A stretch of DNA of 64,000 nucleotides, taken from NCBI GenBank assembly GCA_013239625.1, contig MU053754.1:679379-743378 (forward strand), read 5' to 3'. Positions 11,786 through 24,450 of the stretch are shown piece after piece. Source of the DNA: Lama guanicoe. Its lineage: Eukaryota. A model generated the notes under the pieces. The model did not search any database. It was not told the origin of the DNA and saw nothing but the letters and a program-made list of their open reading frames with translations. The translations under genes and the position numbers were made by a program. How positions within the stretch are numbered: position 1 is the first letter of the stretch; every line of letters starts with the position of its first letter.

Positions 11786-13362
11786 TGAAGCAGTGGCTGA
11801 ATTTAGGGCAGATCTTTTTCAGGAACATTAACTATAACATTTTAACAAACACAGCTCCATGTGACTGGCCCAAAATGATAGATAATTGCCCTGTGTTCAC
11901 ACGTGGAAACACGTTTATATTAATTTATACTATATATATTTCTCTTGGTTAGTGTACCTAATTTATAGTGTATCTTTTTTCCTTCCCTCCTTTCTTCAAA
12001 ATTACTGTGAAAACCTGCTTGTTTATAATGAAGTTTCCACAGACCCTAAAACCAAAAAAAGAAATTAATTCTATTCCTGCCATATCCACAATTTGAAAAT
12101 TGTTTTTTTTTAATCATTTAAACCATGTTCTTCATCATTTTTTTCCTAAATTTGGCTGTATTATGCTTGTTTTTTAATATGTGCTTTTTATTTATTGCTT
12201 GCTAGGTTTTTTTTTTCCACATTTAAAAATTGGTTTAGAAATGGCATAACCCATCAAGACCTCAGTTATTCTGTAACCATTCGTGGACACCACACTCTGC
12301 TAGCCTCCTGTGGGTTGGGCTTGGTGTATGGTACAGGTCATTGAAAGCCAATTAGAACTTGTATTCTGGGACTGGAGAAATAGACCACACAAAATAGTTT
12401 TTGACAAAGGAGATAAGAATATACAATGGGGAAAGACAGTCTCTTTAATAAGTGGTTTTGGGAAAACTGGACAGTTACAAGCAAAAAAAAAAAAACCCAA
12501 AAAAACTGGACCACAATACAAAAATTAACAAAAATTAACTCAAAATGATTTAAAGACTTAAATGTAAGTCCTGAAACCATAAAACTCCTAGAACAAAATA
12601 TAAGCCAGTACATTCTTTGACATCAGTTTTAAGAATACTTTTTTTTGGATCTGTCTCCTCAGACAAGGGAAACAAAAGCAAAATTAAATGGGACTAGCAG
12701 AAAAAAACAAAAAAAAAGCTCTTGCATAGTGAAAGAAACCATCAATAAAACAAAAAGGCAACCTACTGAATAGAAGAGGTTTGCCAATGATACGTCTGAT
12801 AAGGGGTTAATAGACAACGTATATAAAGAACTCACAACTCAATATCAAAAAATAAACGATCTGATTGAAAAATGGGCAGGAATATGAGTAGATATTTTCC
12901 AGATAAGACTTACAGATGGCCAACAGGTGCAGTGAACTGTTCAACATCAGTAATCATTAGGGAAATGCAAATCAGAACCACAATGAACTATCACTTCACT
13001 CCTGTCAGAACGGCTGTCATGAAAAAGACAAGAAATAACAAGTGTCGCCGAGGAGGCACAGAAAAGGGAACCCTTGTGCACTGTTGGTGGGAATGTTGTT
13101 TTGTGTAGCCGCTAGGGAAAACAGTATGGAGTTTCCTCAGAAAAATTAACAGTAGAACTACTGAATGATCCAGCAATTCCACTCTTGGGTATTTATCCAA
13201 AGAAAACAGAAACACTAATTTGGAAAGATACATGCACCCCTATGGTCCTGGCAGCATTAGTTAACAATAGCCAAAACATGGAAGCAGTCTAAGTGTCTAT
13301 CAGTAGATGAATGAATAATGGATATCCTGTTGGATAATGGATATCCCATTTTGTGTTTATGT

Positions 13363-13387
13363 ACACACACACACACATACACACACA
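13363..13387. repeat. (CA)n microsatellite inside L1
   Basis: acacacacacacacatacacacaca. Confidence 0.85.
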
Positions 13388-13671
13388 GTGAACCACTGTT
13401 CAGCCATAGGAAAGAATGGAATTCTGCCATTTGCAGCAATATTGCTGGACTTGGGTGGGGGGGCGTGTATCGTGCTTAGTAAAGTAAGTCAGACAGAGAA
13501 AGACAAGTGCTGTATGTTTTTACTTATACGTGGAATGTGAAAAACAAACCAAAAGGACAAATAAAACAGACTCATAGACACAGAGAACAATCTAATGGTT
13601 GCCAGAAGGGAGGTGGGGTGGAAGGATGGATAAAACAGGTGAGGGGAGTAAGAAATACAATATACCAGTTA

Positions 13672-13820
13672 GAGCAGAGAGGGTGTAGCTCAGTGGTAGG
13701 GTGCATGCCTAGCATGCATGAGGTCCTGGGTTCAATCCCCAGTGCCTCCATTAAAATAAATACATAAATAAAGCTAATTACCCTGCCCCACCAAAGAAAA
13801 AAGCAAAACCAACAAACAAA
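13672..13820 (+). mobile_element. tRNA-Ala-derived SINE (camelid Vic-1-like), nested in the L1 3'UTR
   Basis: gggtgtagctcagtggtagggtgcatgcctagcatgcatgaggtcctgggttcaatccccagtgcctcca plus shared tail; exact TSD ataccagtta at 13662-13671 and 13821-13830. Confidence 0.92.
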
Positions 13821-16639
13821 ATACCAGTTACAAAAATAAATAAGTCACAGCGATGTAATGTACAGCCCAGGGAATATAGTCAACAATATAACTTTGCATG
13901 GTGCATAAAATAAAATAGTAAAGTATAATCCAAGATTTCAAGTAAAGACACTAAAATTTCAGGGACTTAAGGAACGTGCTCAGAGTTACAAATCATTTTT
14001 TTGAGAAGGCTGGAATCTGATTGGAATTTTTTCTTTAAAAACTAATATACCTTCTCGGGTTTATCTAAGTGATCACACCCAGGAGAAAAAACAGTAATAC
14101 ATGAAATTGACTCCAAAAAAGAGAGGCAGCAAAGGTGTGAATAGACTTACCTATTCCCAGAGGGCCCTGTTCATCAGGTGATGCTCTGCCCAGTTACATA
14201 AATGAGGTCTGCTTCCGTTATTGGTTCGCCAAGTGAAGTAACACTTTTCTCTGAAGGTTTTTCAAAGGGGAAAAATAAAGTGGGCTAGCACAGAGTGAAT
14301 TCTGATCATGCATGGAGATTAGGAGGCTCTCTGCAAGTGGATATGTATCTTTAAGAGGTGTCCTCACGTAGCGCCTGCATCAGCAGACAGAACTGTCAGT
14401 GCACAAAGTATACAACGTTGGCATCCACGATCTTTCAAATAAAAGGTAAAATTACACATGCATGTGAAAATACAGAATTGCTCATGAATGTATCAGCTAT
14501 TTCAATATCATGAATTTCTGTAAATAAATAGATAACTTGATGATCAGATCGACACGGGCACGACTGTGACAGAGAGAGGACACAGAAAAATTCGTGCGGC
14601 ATTGAAGGTCTTTAGCCACTGGGTGTCATGGTTTTCCCCGTAGTGTTCAACCCTTCAGCTGTATTTGAAGGGTTCCTCCACATATTTAAACATCCAGGAA
14701 TTATGTAGTTGTATTGGTCACACTTAGGTTTTATTGTATCAAACTCACATCGGAAGAATTTGTACGGTGCCTTTATGTGTGTGCTTGGGTATGCTTTTAA
14801 AGAACTTGTTGCTATAAAAGAATTTCCATAGTGCAGAGACGCATTGACCGTATTTTAGCGTCTGCTTGTTCTTAGCCATGCCTGGTATGTATACATGTGA
14901 AGGCAGATGTGTTATGAAAGTGTTCCATTAATGAGAAGCTGACAGCCCTGTGTCTTCCTTGTGGGTATGGTCCACTCTGCCAAAGCTGACGGGAGTGAGT
15001 GGTTGTTACGATGAAAGACAGGTGTGCTTGTCCTGTCACAGAAGTGCTCCTGAATTTGTTTCAGAAGCCCTGTGCAGATCGAACGTGCCAGATGAGAAGA
15101 CTTGGCCAAATGCTGTGAGGACACCAGGGAAGAATTCTTTGGGTTTTGTCATTTTGAGCCTAGTTATTGCCAGCATGGCCGAGGTGAATGTGACGAAGTG
15201 GTCGACGGGCTGAGAGGTCGGTACCTAAGCCTGTGACGGGGCGTGTGTGGGGAGTTGTTGGAAAGATGAAGATGGGCCCATGGAGCTGTTTCATTTATTT
15301 TACCTTATTTTTTCTCGTTGCTCTTTAAAACTAAATCTAGAAAAAGTCCAACTTCTGCTTAAGTGCATAGCACTACATCTTGGACTGAATCTTTAAATGA
15401 GTTTTTGGATATTCTCGTTGTGGGCATTTAATAAACGGCTTTTTTTGTGAGTCATGCTGATACCTTTGCTTTTGACACAGAAGGGTTGACAGCGGTGTCA
15501 TGATTTTCAAGAAATTACTGAGAAAGCTGCAACAGGAAGACAGCAGAATGTGCGGCTTCGTGGAAAGTCTGCTTTCGTTTGAATGAAAGGAATTTTTCTG
15601 TTTAAATTGGAAAGACACAGCCAGTGCCCAGTTCTGTCGGATCTGTGCTCAGTTTTCTTTGTGGAGGATGATGGCAGAGGAGGAATCAGAAATCAGTGAC
15701 AAAATGGAGAGGTGCTATTCTTGGTTACAACTTTGAGTAGGAAAATTTTAAAAAGATAAAAACCAAGAGAAACTTTAAAGCACTCAGTAAACAAACCTTT
15801 TTAGGGCGCTTACTACTTGATTGAAACTCAAGTCACACTGCTTTCAGGGAGCCATCCAACTAGTGGGGAGTCAGATACTAAACAAATATTCACAAAGATA
15901 TGCCCTTAAAACGCGACACATTCTGTCGGTAGACCTGCCTGGTGTTGTGGTCCAGAAAAGGTTTTCCTGATGGGTTGGTATGTGTTCATCAGGCCAGCGG
16001 GAGCAGGGCTTGGGACGAGGGTGGTGTGAGTTGTCCAGGGCACGGTCCCAGAGCACACGGTGCATGGGTGATAAAGGGACCGAGAGGCCGTCACTGAGTT
16101 AGAATGTATGGGATGGGAGCAGCCGGGCATTAAGAGCTGGAGGCAGAGCACACGGTAAATAGGGAGGGTAAAAGGAGGGCTATCTTGTAGGGCTTTTTCA
16201 GAAGTACTGAGTCTCAGCCGTTCCTTAAGAACAAGAGAGAGAACAGAAACACAAGAAGGGGACGAGGGCTGTCACAGTAATTGAGCTCAGAGACAAAGAG
16301 GGCTCGTGTGCAGGTGCCCTGTGGTGCGTGGAACAAGTTAGATGCCCTTGAGAAGTGGTCTGGAGATGAGCCTGATGGTACGGTGCTCATTGGTGTCTCG
16401 GTGGTGGTGGGAGAAGGCTGGGGAGGGGAGCCCTCAAGGGTGCATCTCAGGCCTGTGGTTTGATTAATTGGATGGGCAGGACGCTGTGGGTGCTAGAAGG
16501 AGCCCAGCCTGGAGAAAAGGTTGTGAGTCCTGTCTGGAACTGTGAGCTTCAGGTGTCCTTGAAACCTCAGTGGAGGTAAATATTAAGTAGACTTGGGTAC
16601 TGGTCTGAATCTCAAACGAGAAAGATGAGCTAGGGGTGA

Positions 16640-17057
16640 AATGATGATTAATTATATTTGTCTGCTTGGCTGGGCCGTGGCGTCTGGAAATGTGGTCAAA
16701 CATTATTCTGGATGTTCCTGTGAGGGTGTTTTTGAATGAGCTTAACATTTAAATGGGAAGACATTGAGCAAAGCAGATTGCCCTGCATAATGGGGGGCTG
16801 GGGAGCTCATGCAATCTGTCGGAGGCCTGAATAGAGTAAGACTGGCCTCTCCTGAGTGAGAGAAAATGCTGCCAACATGGCCTTCGGACTAGAGCTACAG
16901 TGTGTGCGCTTCCTGGGTCTCCAGTGTGATGGCCCGGCACGCGGGTTTAGAACGTTCCCTCCCCCTCTAACATGAGCCAGTTCCTTAAACTAAGTGTCTT
17001 TCCACATGTATGTACCTCCTGTTGGTTCTCTCTCTCTGGAGGAGCCTGACTAATACA
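16640..17057 (+). mobile_element. ERVL solo LTR (MLT2C/D-like)
   Basis: tgatgattaatt...cttggctgggcc...tggtcaaacattattctggatgttcctgtgagggtgtttttg...aaagcagattgccct...ends ctgactaataca. Confidence 0.9.
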
Positions 17058-17179
17058 GATGGTAATTACAACATCGTGGGTGTAACTGAGTTGCTCAGGT
17101 AGGAAGTCGGAGTGAGAGGACAAGTCAGGGAAGGGCTCTTGAGAAGTTCCAAAGCCTGAGGGCTCGCATAGCAACGGTC

Positions 17180-17735
17180 CAGTGTGCTTCTGCTCAGCAC
17201 TCCCCGTCTCACCGCAGAGAATTACTCCTGTGCACACGTTTCTTCCTGGAGTTGCGCTGGAACTGGATTACCCATGAGATCTTCCTGTAGTCTTCTGAAT
17301 TCCTCTGTTCTGACAGCCGTTGATGGCTCCAGTGGTGCAGTGTGACCCAGGGAGACAATTGCCTGTCCTTTCTGAGAAGCTTCAAACTGGAGCTAGGACT
17401 CACTTCTGTTCCTGTGCAGAGATTCAGAGATAGGAAGCGTGGGAACTCGAAGGGGAGGGACATCAGGGCACCGTGTTTTCAGCTGGATCTGCTCATCAGA
17501 AAGAATAAAGCCCATGCGTGGAGAGACGTGGACACTCCTAGGCTCAGGAGGTGGAGAGAGTTGGAGCCAAGGGGAGATGGCACAGACTGGCTCCTGGTGG
17601 AATTCCATCCCCGGTGTCCAGCTGTGCCAGCACCCTTCCTTTCCCTGCTGGTGTGGTTCGTTCCCCCCATGTACTCTCCTTTTGCCTCAGATAGTTACAG
17701 CTGGCCTTCTGTAATTTGACAGCAAAAGAAACCAG
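17180..17735 (+). mobile_element. Old MaLR LTR (MLT1J/K/L-like)
   Basis: 3' end ctccttttgcctcagatagtt...ttctgtaatttgacagcaaaaga resembles the MLT1K/L terminus. Confidence 0.5.
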
Positions 17736-17995
17736 AGATAGATGAGGGTGGCCAAGCGAACCAAGTAAAATGAGAAGGAACATTAGACTCTGGGAGAAGG
17801 AAGAAAAGTGAAAAGCATCCGTTGAGCTCTGCCGGACGGCTGTGATGGTGACCCTAGCAGGAGCCGTGTTTTGGAAGACAAATTAATAGTGTGAGGAGTG
17901 AATGGGAAATGGGGAAACGAAAAAAGTAACTGAGGAAATTATATCAGGAGTTGAGAAAGTAGTCGCTGGATAGGGAAGTCAGAATAAAGGAGACG

Positions 17996-18097
17996 TTCCC
18001 TTTCTTTCCTTCTTTTCATTTTTTCTTTCATCTTTCTTCCTGCCTCCCTCCCTCGATTCTTTTGTCCTACCTTCCTGCCTTCTTTCCTTCCTTTCTT
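17996..18097. repeat. Polypyrimidine low-complexity tract
   Basis: About 100 bp of (ttcc/tttc)-like sequence. Confidence 0.8.
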
Positions 18098-19710
18098 GAT
18101 GAGAGACTTGAAGATATGATATGTAAATGTTTTCCTGAATATTCTAGTAGAAACGGGAAGAGCAGAGAGAGAAGGTGGAGTTGAGTGTGATGTCCCTGAG
18201 AAGGAGGGGATGGAATCCAGAGAACAAGTGGGGGCTGCTCTCAGGAGGGGACGTGAGGGGTGAGGAGAGGACGTGCCTTGGTTGGACGACTCCTGGACCT
18301 GGAGGTAGGGGCTGCGGAGTTCCTACTTGAAGGATGAGGGAAGTACTGTGTCCTTTGTGGAGACTAAAGAGTGAGGCAAGAATGGTTTGCAGAGTAGTGA
18401 ACCTTGAAAAGAAGAATGGTGCAAAGTGCTTATGTGGTTGGACTAAAAGAGGTGTTAGTTTTTCTGGCTATTTTAAAGTCCCTAGTTAGTTTTGGTGATT
18501 GGTAGTGCATTGTTGTCTACCTGGCATTTGGGTGTGGGCTTCCCAGCAGGTGTCACCTAGCGGGGTGACGGGAACCAGAGTATGACAAAGTGCAGAGCCA
18601 ACGCCAGGGGAAGCGATGCTGAAGATGAACGTTCGCTGTGACCTAAGTGCATGTGAAACAAGAGAAAACAAGGGCAGTGGATCCTGGGAACACGTGGGCC
18701 GGGTGCTACTGAGAGTGGTCAGTCAAGCGACCATGAAGGAAGGAAGGTGGAGGTCTGAAGGTGAGACGCTGCCACTCGCCCTCCGGAGAGAGCGCAGTAA
18801 TGGAAAATAAAATCAGCCGGTAGATGACCACAGATGGAGTCCAGGTCTGGGCTGCTGCAGCAGACGCAAGGATGAGAGAGAGACATGACGATGAGTGTGG
18901 CCTCAGTTAAAAAGCATCTGACGTTGCAGAGGCCTAGTGCAACTGTGCACGCCGTGTGCACGTGGTACCCCAGCCCTTCTGTGCCCGGGAGCAGACAGAT
19001 GGCAGGACTGCCACTGCAGGGGACCTTCCTCCCACCGCTTCTCAGTTTACCGCAGGTTTGCTTTGATGGGGGAGTGAGCTGCAGTCTGATGAGTTAGGGT
19101 CTACGTAAACATAGACGAGAAGAAAGTGACAGCACAGTGGAGCTCGGTTTGTGCAGGCTGGCAGTGAGCTAGTGCAGTATGTGTTAAAGGTGCGCTCTGC
19201 AGCAGGGCCTGTGCTCCAGTCCCACGGAGTTCAGCTGCTGCCTCTCACAGATGTCCCAGAATTTTAACCGGGAATGCCCTGGCTGCTGCAGTATTCATAT
19301 CTGGGTGTCCTTTCAGTCCTCCCCCAGGTCAGCTACAGTCTGACCTCTGGAACCAAGGTGAGCAGGGCTGCGTCTTCCCAGCACGGATACAGCCTGGATG
19401 TGTGTCTCAGGGAGGGTTCGTGTGGGCCTGAAGAGCCCAGACAGCCTGCTTGCGGCAAACGGCCTCGTTGGGAGGCTGTGTTACATTCAAGGACGAGAGC
19501 GAAACAGCTGATAGAGGTGAGGGGACCAGAGAAGTCTGAGAACGGAGAGGCTCAGACCCGGCAGGCAGCTTGGGTGGAAAACCTGGATGGAAATAAAAAG
19601 ATTTGGTGAGGAGGAGAGTAAGAGCAGTAAGAAAGAACAGTGGTGCATGAGTGAGGGGGGAAAGAGTCAGCCGGAGAGAGAAGGTATACAAAGACAGAGG
19701 AAGAAGAAGA

Positions 19711-19729
19711 TGTGTGTGTGTGTGTGTGT
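19711..19729. repeat. (TG)9 microsatellite
   Basis: Direct reading. Confidence 0.9.
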
Positions 19730-20134
19730 AGAAAGACAAATAGAGACATAAAAAAGGGGTCTTGTCACCCTTACACCAGAGTGTTCTTGGTTCGAACAGG
19801 CAAGGCTTTCGTGGGAGATGTTAGAAAGTGAGCTGTGCTCTCCTTCGTATCAGGAGAGCATGACATCTGCCTCTAAAGCTGTAATAGTTAGGTGTGTTTG
19901 ATTCTTCTGCTGTGTTGACCTATGGAAATCGTAACGTTTTTGATCAATAAAATGCAGCATGCATTTTCTAATACTCATGCTAACTATATATGGACCGAAA
20001 CGAGTTTCCAAAGAGTTACCATCGCATGCACATTAAGTCTACTTCCAAATGCATTGACTGGATACATAATATGTGTCAGGCATAGAGGGAGTCTGATGCC
20101 CAGGACCCAGGGACGTGAAGAAGTCCTCAGGTGA

Positions 20135-20485
20135 CTGACCCACAAGCCATGTCTATTAGTCATTGAGATGTATGGCAACCACTCGCCACCTCTGATGGTC
20201 CAGAGGCTCCCTGTGCACTGTCCAGTATGGCGACCACTCGCCTCCTGTGATGGTCCAGAGGCTCCCTGTGTGCTGTCCGGTGTGGCGACCACTCGCCTCC
20301 TGCGATTGTCCAGAGGCTCCCTGTGTGCTGTCCGGTATGGCGACCGTTCGCCTCCTGTGGCTTTTGAGTCCTTGACATGTGGCCACAGTGGTTGAGAAAC
20401 TTACTTTTAAATTTTATTAAATTTTAATTCACATAAATATAAATGTGATGTGCCACGTGTAGCCACTAGTGACCGTGTTCATGTA
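20135..20485 (+). mobile_element. MER3-like hAT-Charlie MITE with internal tandem expansion
   Basis: gctgtcc-gtatggcgacc...gtggcttttgagtccttgacatgtggcc...ttttaaattttattaaattttaatt...gccacgtgtagcc follows the MER3 layout; compare the second MER3 at 61856-62038. Confidence 0.75.
20171..20359. repeat. 55-bp minisatellite, about 3.4 copies
   Basis: Units start at 20171, 20226, 20281 and 20336; consensus tatggcgaccactcgcctcctgtgatggtccagaggctccctgtgtgctgtccgg. Confidence 0.95.
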
Positions 20486-23400
20486 GCTATGCAGGGTTGT
20501 AGTGAAAAAGAAAGCTCATAAAGCACGTTAAACAACGTAAGATCGATTTTGGCCCTTGTGTTTCCATTTCTGATACTCTCTCAAGTTCATGATGGGGAAA
20601 TTTCTGCCTCAGTGTGAAACTTGATGTTTAGGACATTATCAAGGACGCCCTAGAGGGGGTAATGGACCAGGAGTCTACGGCCTAATCTAATTTGGCGACT
20701 CACAGTTGCTGTTTTTCTATCTGTTACAGTTACTTGACCAATTTTAATTGAACGTTTCCGTGTGGTGTTTATCAAATACCCTCAGCCTTTTCAAATGCTT
20801 TGCTTGGTGGCTGCTCATTTTAGAGTGGATTTCTTCTGGTGGCTGAGAGAGAGGCAGCTCCAAGAAGTCATTTCATGCTCGGAGACTCATGCTGCTGTAA
20901 TTGATTTATGGGTTGGGCTGAGCAGTCCAGGTGAGAAGACACACGCCCTGAGAAAGGTCAGCTCAGAGGGAAGACAAGTGTTCATGGGAACAGTTCTTGG
21001 ATGGGAAGAGTGTAGGCCAGGACAGAAGTAACGGGAGGGGCAGGTTTTTTGAGAAAAACCCAGCCAAACCCAGGGATTCCAGATCACAATGTGAAGACTG
21101 TGCCCATGGGACTAGGCTGACAGGCTACTAATAACCTTTGAGGTGTGACCTCTTCTCCGGTAAACGTAACACGGCGGCGGATGGATCAGACGGCACGTGT
21201 TTGACCCCAGTCCCACTCCGCATTGTCCTTCAGGCATGTTCCTGGAGCCCAGTGTTGAGAGAGAACGGAGTCAAACAAAATAAAATTGTGTCTAAATGAG
21301 AAGAAATGACCTCAGTGCTATGTTGGAAGAAAGCAAAGATTCCTTTTCTCATCAAGGTCACCCAGAATAGTGAAGGAACTTAGGATTGCCATTCAAAGAC
21401 GGTGTGACCAAAAAAACCCAAAGACGAAAGACCCAGTTCTGTGGATGAGAATCCCGAAGTGTCTGATTGCAGTACGAGATACTTGTGGTTTAGATTAGCA
21501 TTTGATAGGAAAACTAGTTGTTTATTTATGTACTGCATTTCCAAGTGAGAAGAAAAGATCTCGTAGACACCGTAACAATGAGAATTTCTATCAAAATGAC
21601 CTCGATCTATCAACACAGAATTTAACGTCTCAAGAACAGAGAACATTACAGAGAAAGCAAAGAACAGTGCACCGCATTTCTAACCCTAGTCCAACCTTCT
21701 TGGTGTCACAAATGGGATCTGAAAGTCAGCTCCGTGGGGTTTCTATTTGGGAAATGGGTTTGGGCTCATGAGGAGCCCGTGGAGGGCACCAGTTAGGCAT
21801 TGGGTTCCGTGTGAATCCTGAACAAGCTCATGCTGGTTGTTCAGCAGCTGCTTCCCCAGAGGCATATTAAGGACATGAGGAAGACTCTTAAGAACACTCT
21901 GTAGTTTCCACTCATGCTGTGCTTCTCAGAAAAGGGTAGTTTTCCTTCGGAGTGTTTCTGAATGTTGACTTTAGTTGATGAGATTGTGAGAGCGCAGTCA
22001 TCGTTGGCCTGCCTGGTAGCACAGGGCGTCAGGACCTCCTGCACACACCGTCAGGAAGGAGGAGGGCTGTTTCATCCTGTGGTCCTGCTTAAAGAGCAAA
22101 GACGCTTTCCCCGGAACACCCCAGGAAGTCTCCCCTTTACTCTCTTCAGCCTGGATGGGTGGCATGATGTCCGAACAACCGTTTTCCAAGGCAGCGCAAC
22201 CTGATTCCTGGTTTCTTACAGACTTTCCTCTCTTCTGGCGTACCCCAGAGCATCCGGCCCTGCCTGGTTGAAATCCTCAGCCCCGCACCAGTCCTCATTC
22301 AAATCAGACTGTGCCCGAGGCTGGGATGTGTTCACTTCCCTGGAAGTCCAGGGCTGAGTGTTGCAAGGAGAGGAGCTTAGAAGGAGTGGGATTGGGGCAG
22401 GGTAGTGGGCAAGTCGGGGAGGGGCAGGTGGAGATGCTGGTTGAGTTACTTTCCTCAGGGACACAGCTGTCTGACTGCTTTCTTTTCCCCTGAGCAGAAT
22501 ACTACCTTTTTTTCTTGCACAAAATGTAATTGTGGCAGTATCATGCCTTTTGCAGCGTAATTAACTAAATCTCATATTAGAACGCAGAAATCTAGAAGCA
22601 ATGTCGTGTGTGAATTAAATGTCACTAGCGTATTCAGAAATGAGAGTGAGGGAAGGATTAAGGAAGGGGGCGCGGAGGGAAATGTTGCTGTCTTTGGGAA
22701 TTTAGCTGATAAGCATGAGCTAACGTTGGACTTCAAATGTCAGATACTGCTTGAAGGACATTGTAGAAAAGATCGTTTTTAATATGTATGAGTTTTTAAT
22801 ACATGTCACGTAGGACATGTTCAGTAATTTGTATCACTTCTTACTCTGAAGCATCTGAGAATTTCTGCTTGATTAAAATACATTATTGTTATACTGCAGA
22901 AGTTCCTGGTGACCACAATAACGTGGGATAAAGACTTCTTGCTTCTTTAGGGAGCCTGATACCTTAGCTTTGGCTGAAACCTTAGAGAATTCTTTTCAGT
23001 TCAGAAGGAAATACAATACCCCCAACCATTCGTAGCTAACATAGTTATTAACACATGTATGAAAACAACCTCAGTGTTTTTTTAAACTACCCTGGATAAC
23101 AGTATAATTGTTCTACCTGGATTTCAGGACATATTATAAACAGATCATTTTCTAGAAACACAGAAAAAAGCAGGGATGAATTTCAGTGCCCCTGCTCTAA
23201 TCACTGGAGGCCAAAATTGCTTTCCTTCAAACTCTTGGAATTCAGTAAAAACACCTACTCAAGTACTTAAAGGAGTTATTTGTTCTAGATTTAATCTTGC
23301 AGCTTCTTAGGGGAAAAATTGAACCTAAAGGGAAAATGGCACTAGATGTATTTCCAAATCTTTCTCAAAGCATGATTACTCTGTTTACGTTTAGTTATCT

Positions 23401-24219
23401 TGAGAGTAACATTTCAATGCTTACCTCATGTTCCCTGAAAACTCCTCGTGTATTTTTGAGATTAGTATCTCCGGAGGAGAGAGGAATGTCTGTGTCCTGC
23501 GGCTGGAAATTTAGGACCAGGCAGTGGGATTGCTGGAGTGACTGGGGGCTGACAGCTGGTCCTTCAGACATCAGCTGATGGTTTACCAGCTGCCTACTAT
23601 CACGGATAACCTTTCAGGCATCTACAATACAATATGTGTTGTAGGTGTGGCTAAGAGGAGCTAGGAATGTGAAAGGCAGGCAGATATGATAAATAGCTGG
23701 AGAAATGTAACCAGTGTCTTGAACGTTGACTGCAGCTCCAAGACCAGGATGTGCACATTCCTGTGAGATTCCAGCAGACAGGGTCTAGGTGGTCACCAGT
23801 GTGTGTTTGGAAGGAGTTTAAAGGCACAGTCTTCCCACCAACCTCTAAAAATCCATTTGTAATTGATACACGCGCCATATTATTTTTCCTGTGGAGTTGA
23901 ATTGGGCATTCTCCTTTGCATCTTCTCATATGGGGATGATAAAAATGCTGATAAAACACATCTTATTGTCCCAAGGAGAAGGCAAGTGGGAACAGAGGCA
24001 CGATACTGAGAAAAGAAATGGCAGTCCAGGCTGCTTGTAGTACTTGTGAAACCAGTGCTGTGCTAAGAGCTGTCTTAACTCAGAGCAAGGAGGCACCGCT
24101 TGGAGGGGTGTAACAGCCTTTGCAGGAGGTATAAAGCAGACGAGACCTGGCAGGGCCAGTGCAGGCTCAGGAATGAGGAATTTGGTCTAGGGGGCGAAGG
24201 GTGAGTTCAGTGATGCTTC

Positions 24220-24450
24220 TTCCCAGCTTTACTGCAGTGTGATTGACATGTAACGACATGTAACATTGTGTAAGTTTAAGATCTATGGAGTGTTGATCTG
24301 ATACAGTTACGTGTTGGAATATGGTCACCACTGTAGGCTAGCTAACACGTCCATCAGGTTATGTAATTCCACGTCTGGTCTGTGGGGAGGACCTTGGACG
24401 TCCACTCTCTTGGCAACTTTCAAGTGTATAATATAGAATTAACTGTGTGC
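24220..24450 (-). mobile_element. LINE-1 3' end (L1MA9/L1MB-like)
   Basis: ttcccagctttact...attgacatgtaac...attgtgtaagtttaag...ctctcttggcaactttcaagtgtataata. Confidence 0.75.

Larger units (their letters stand above)
12375..13915 (+). mobile_element. 5'-truncated, decayed LINE-1 (ORF2 3' part + 3'UTR) with a nested SINE
   Basis: ORF translations FDKGDKNIQWGK and CSTSVIIREMQIRTTMNYHFTPVRTAVMKKTRNNKC...GTLVHCWWEC match L1 ORF2; 3'UTR ccagtta...aaataaataagtcac...gatgtaatgtacagc; multiple frameshifts. Confidence 0.95.
15780..18420 (-). mobile_element. Long fragmented L2 LINE interrupted by two LTRs
   Basis: Starts with the reverse-complement L2 tail (cactcagtaaacaaac...ctagtggggagtcagatactaaacaaata); collinear L2 segments resume after 17057 (gatggtaatt) and after 17735 (ggtgaccctagcaggagc...gaggagtgaatggga). 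Confidence 0.65.

Noticed and set aside
13680..13750. Second apparent tRNA-Ala gene
   Set aside because: Nested in L1 with an exact TSD and the same SINE tail
20156..20395. Repetitive ORFs and a CRISPR-like periodic pattern
   Set aside because: Units are contiguous with no unique spacers; the ORFs merely reflect the 55-bp minisatellite; the DNA is mammalian
21358..21771. Purine-rich open frames resembling coding exons
   Set aside because: Weak donor sites and no recognisable protein; the A-rich part may be an ancient L1 remnant
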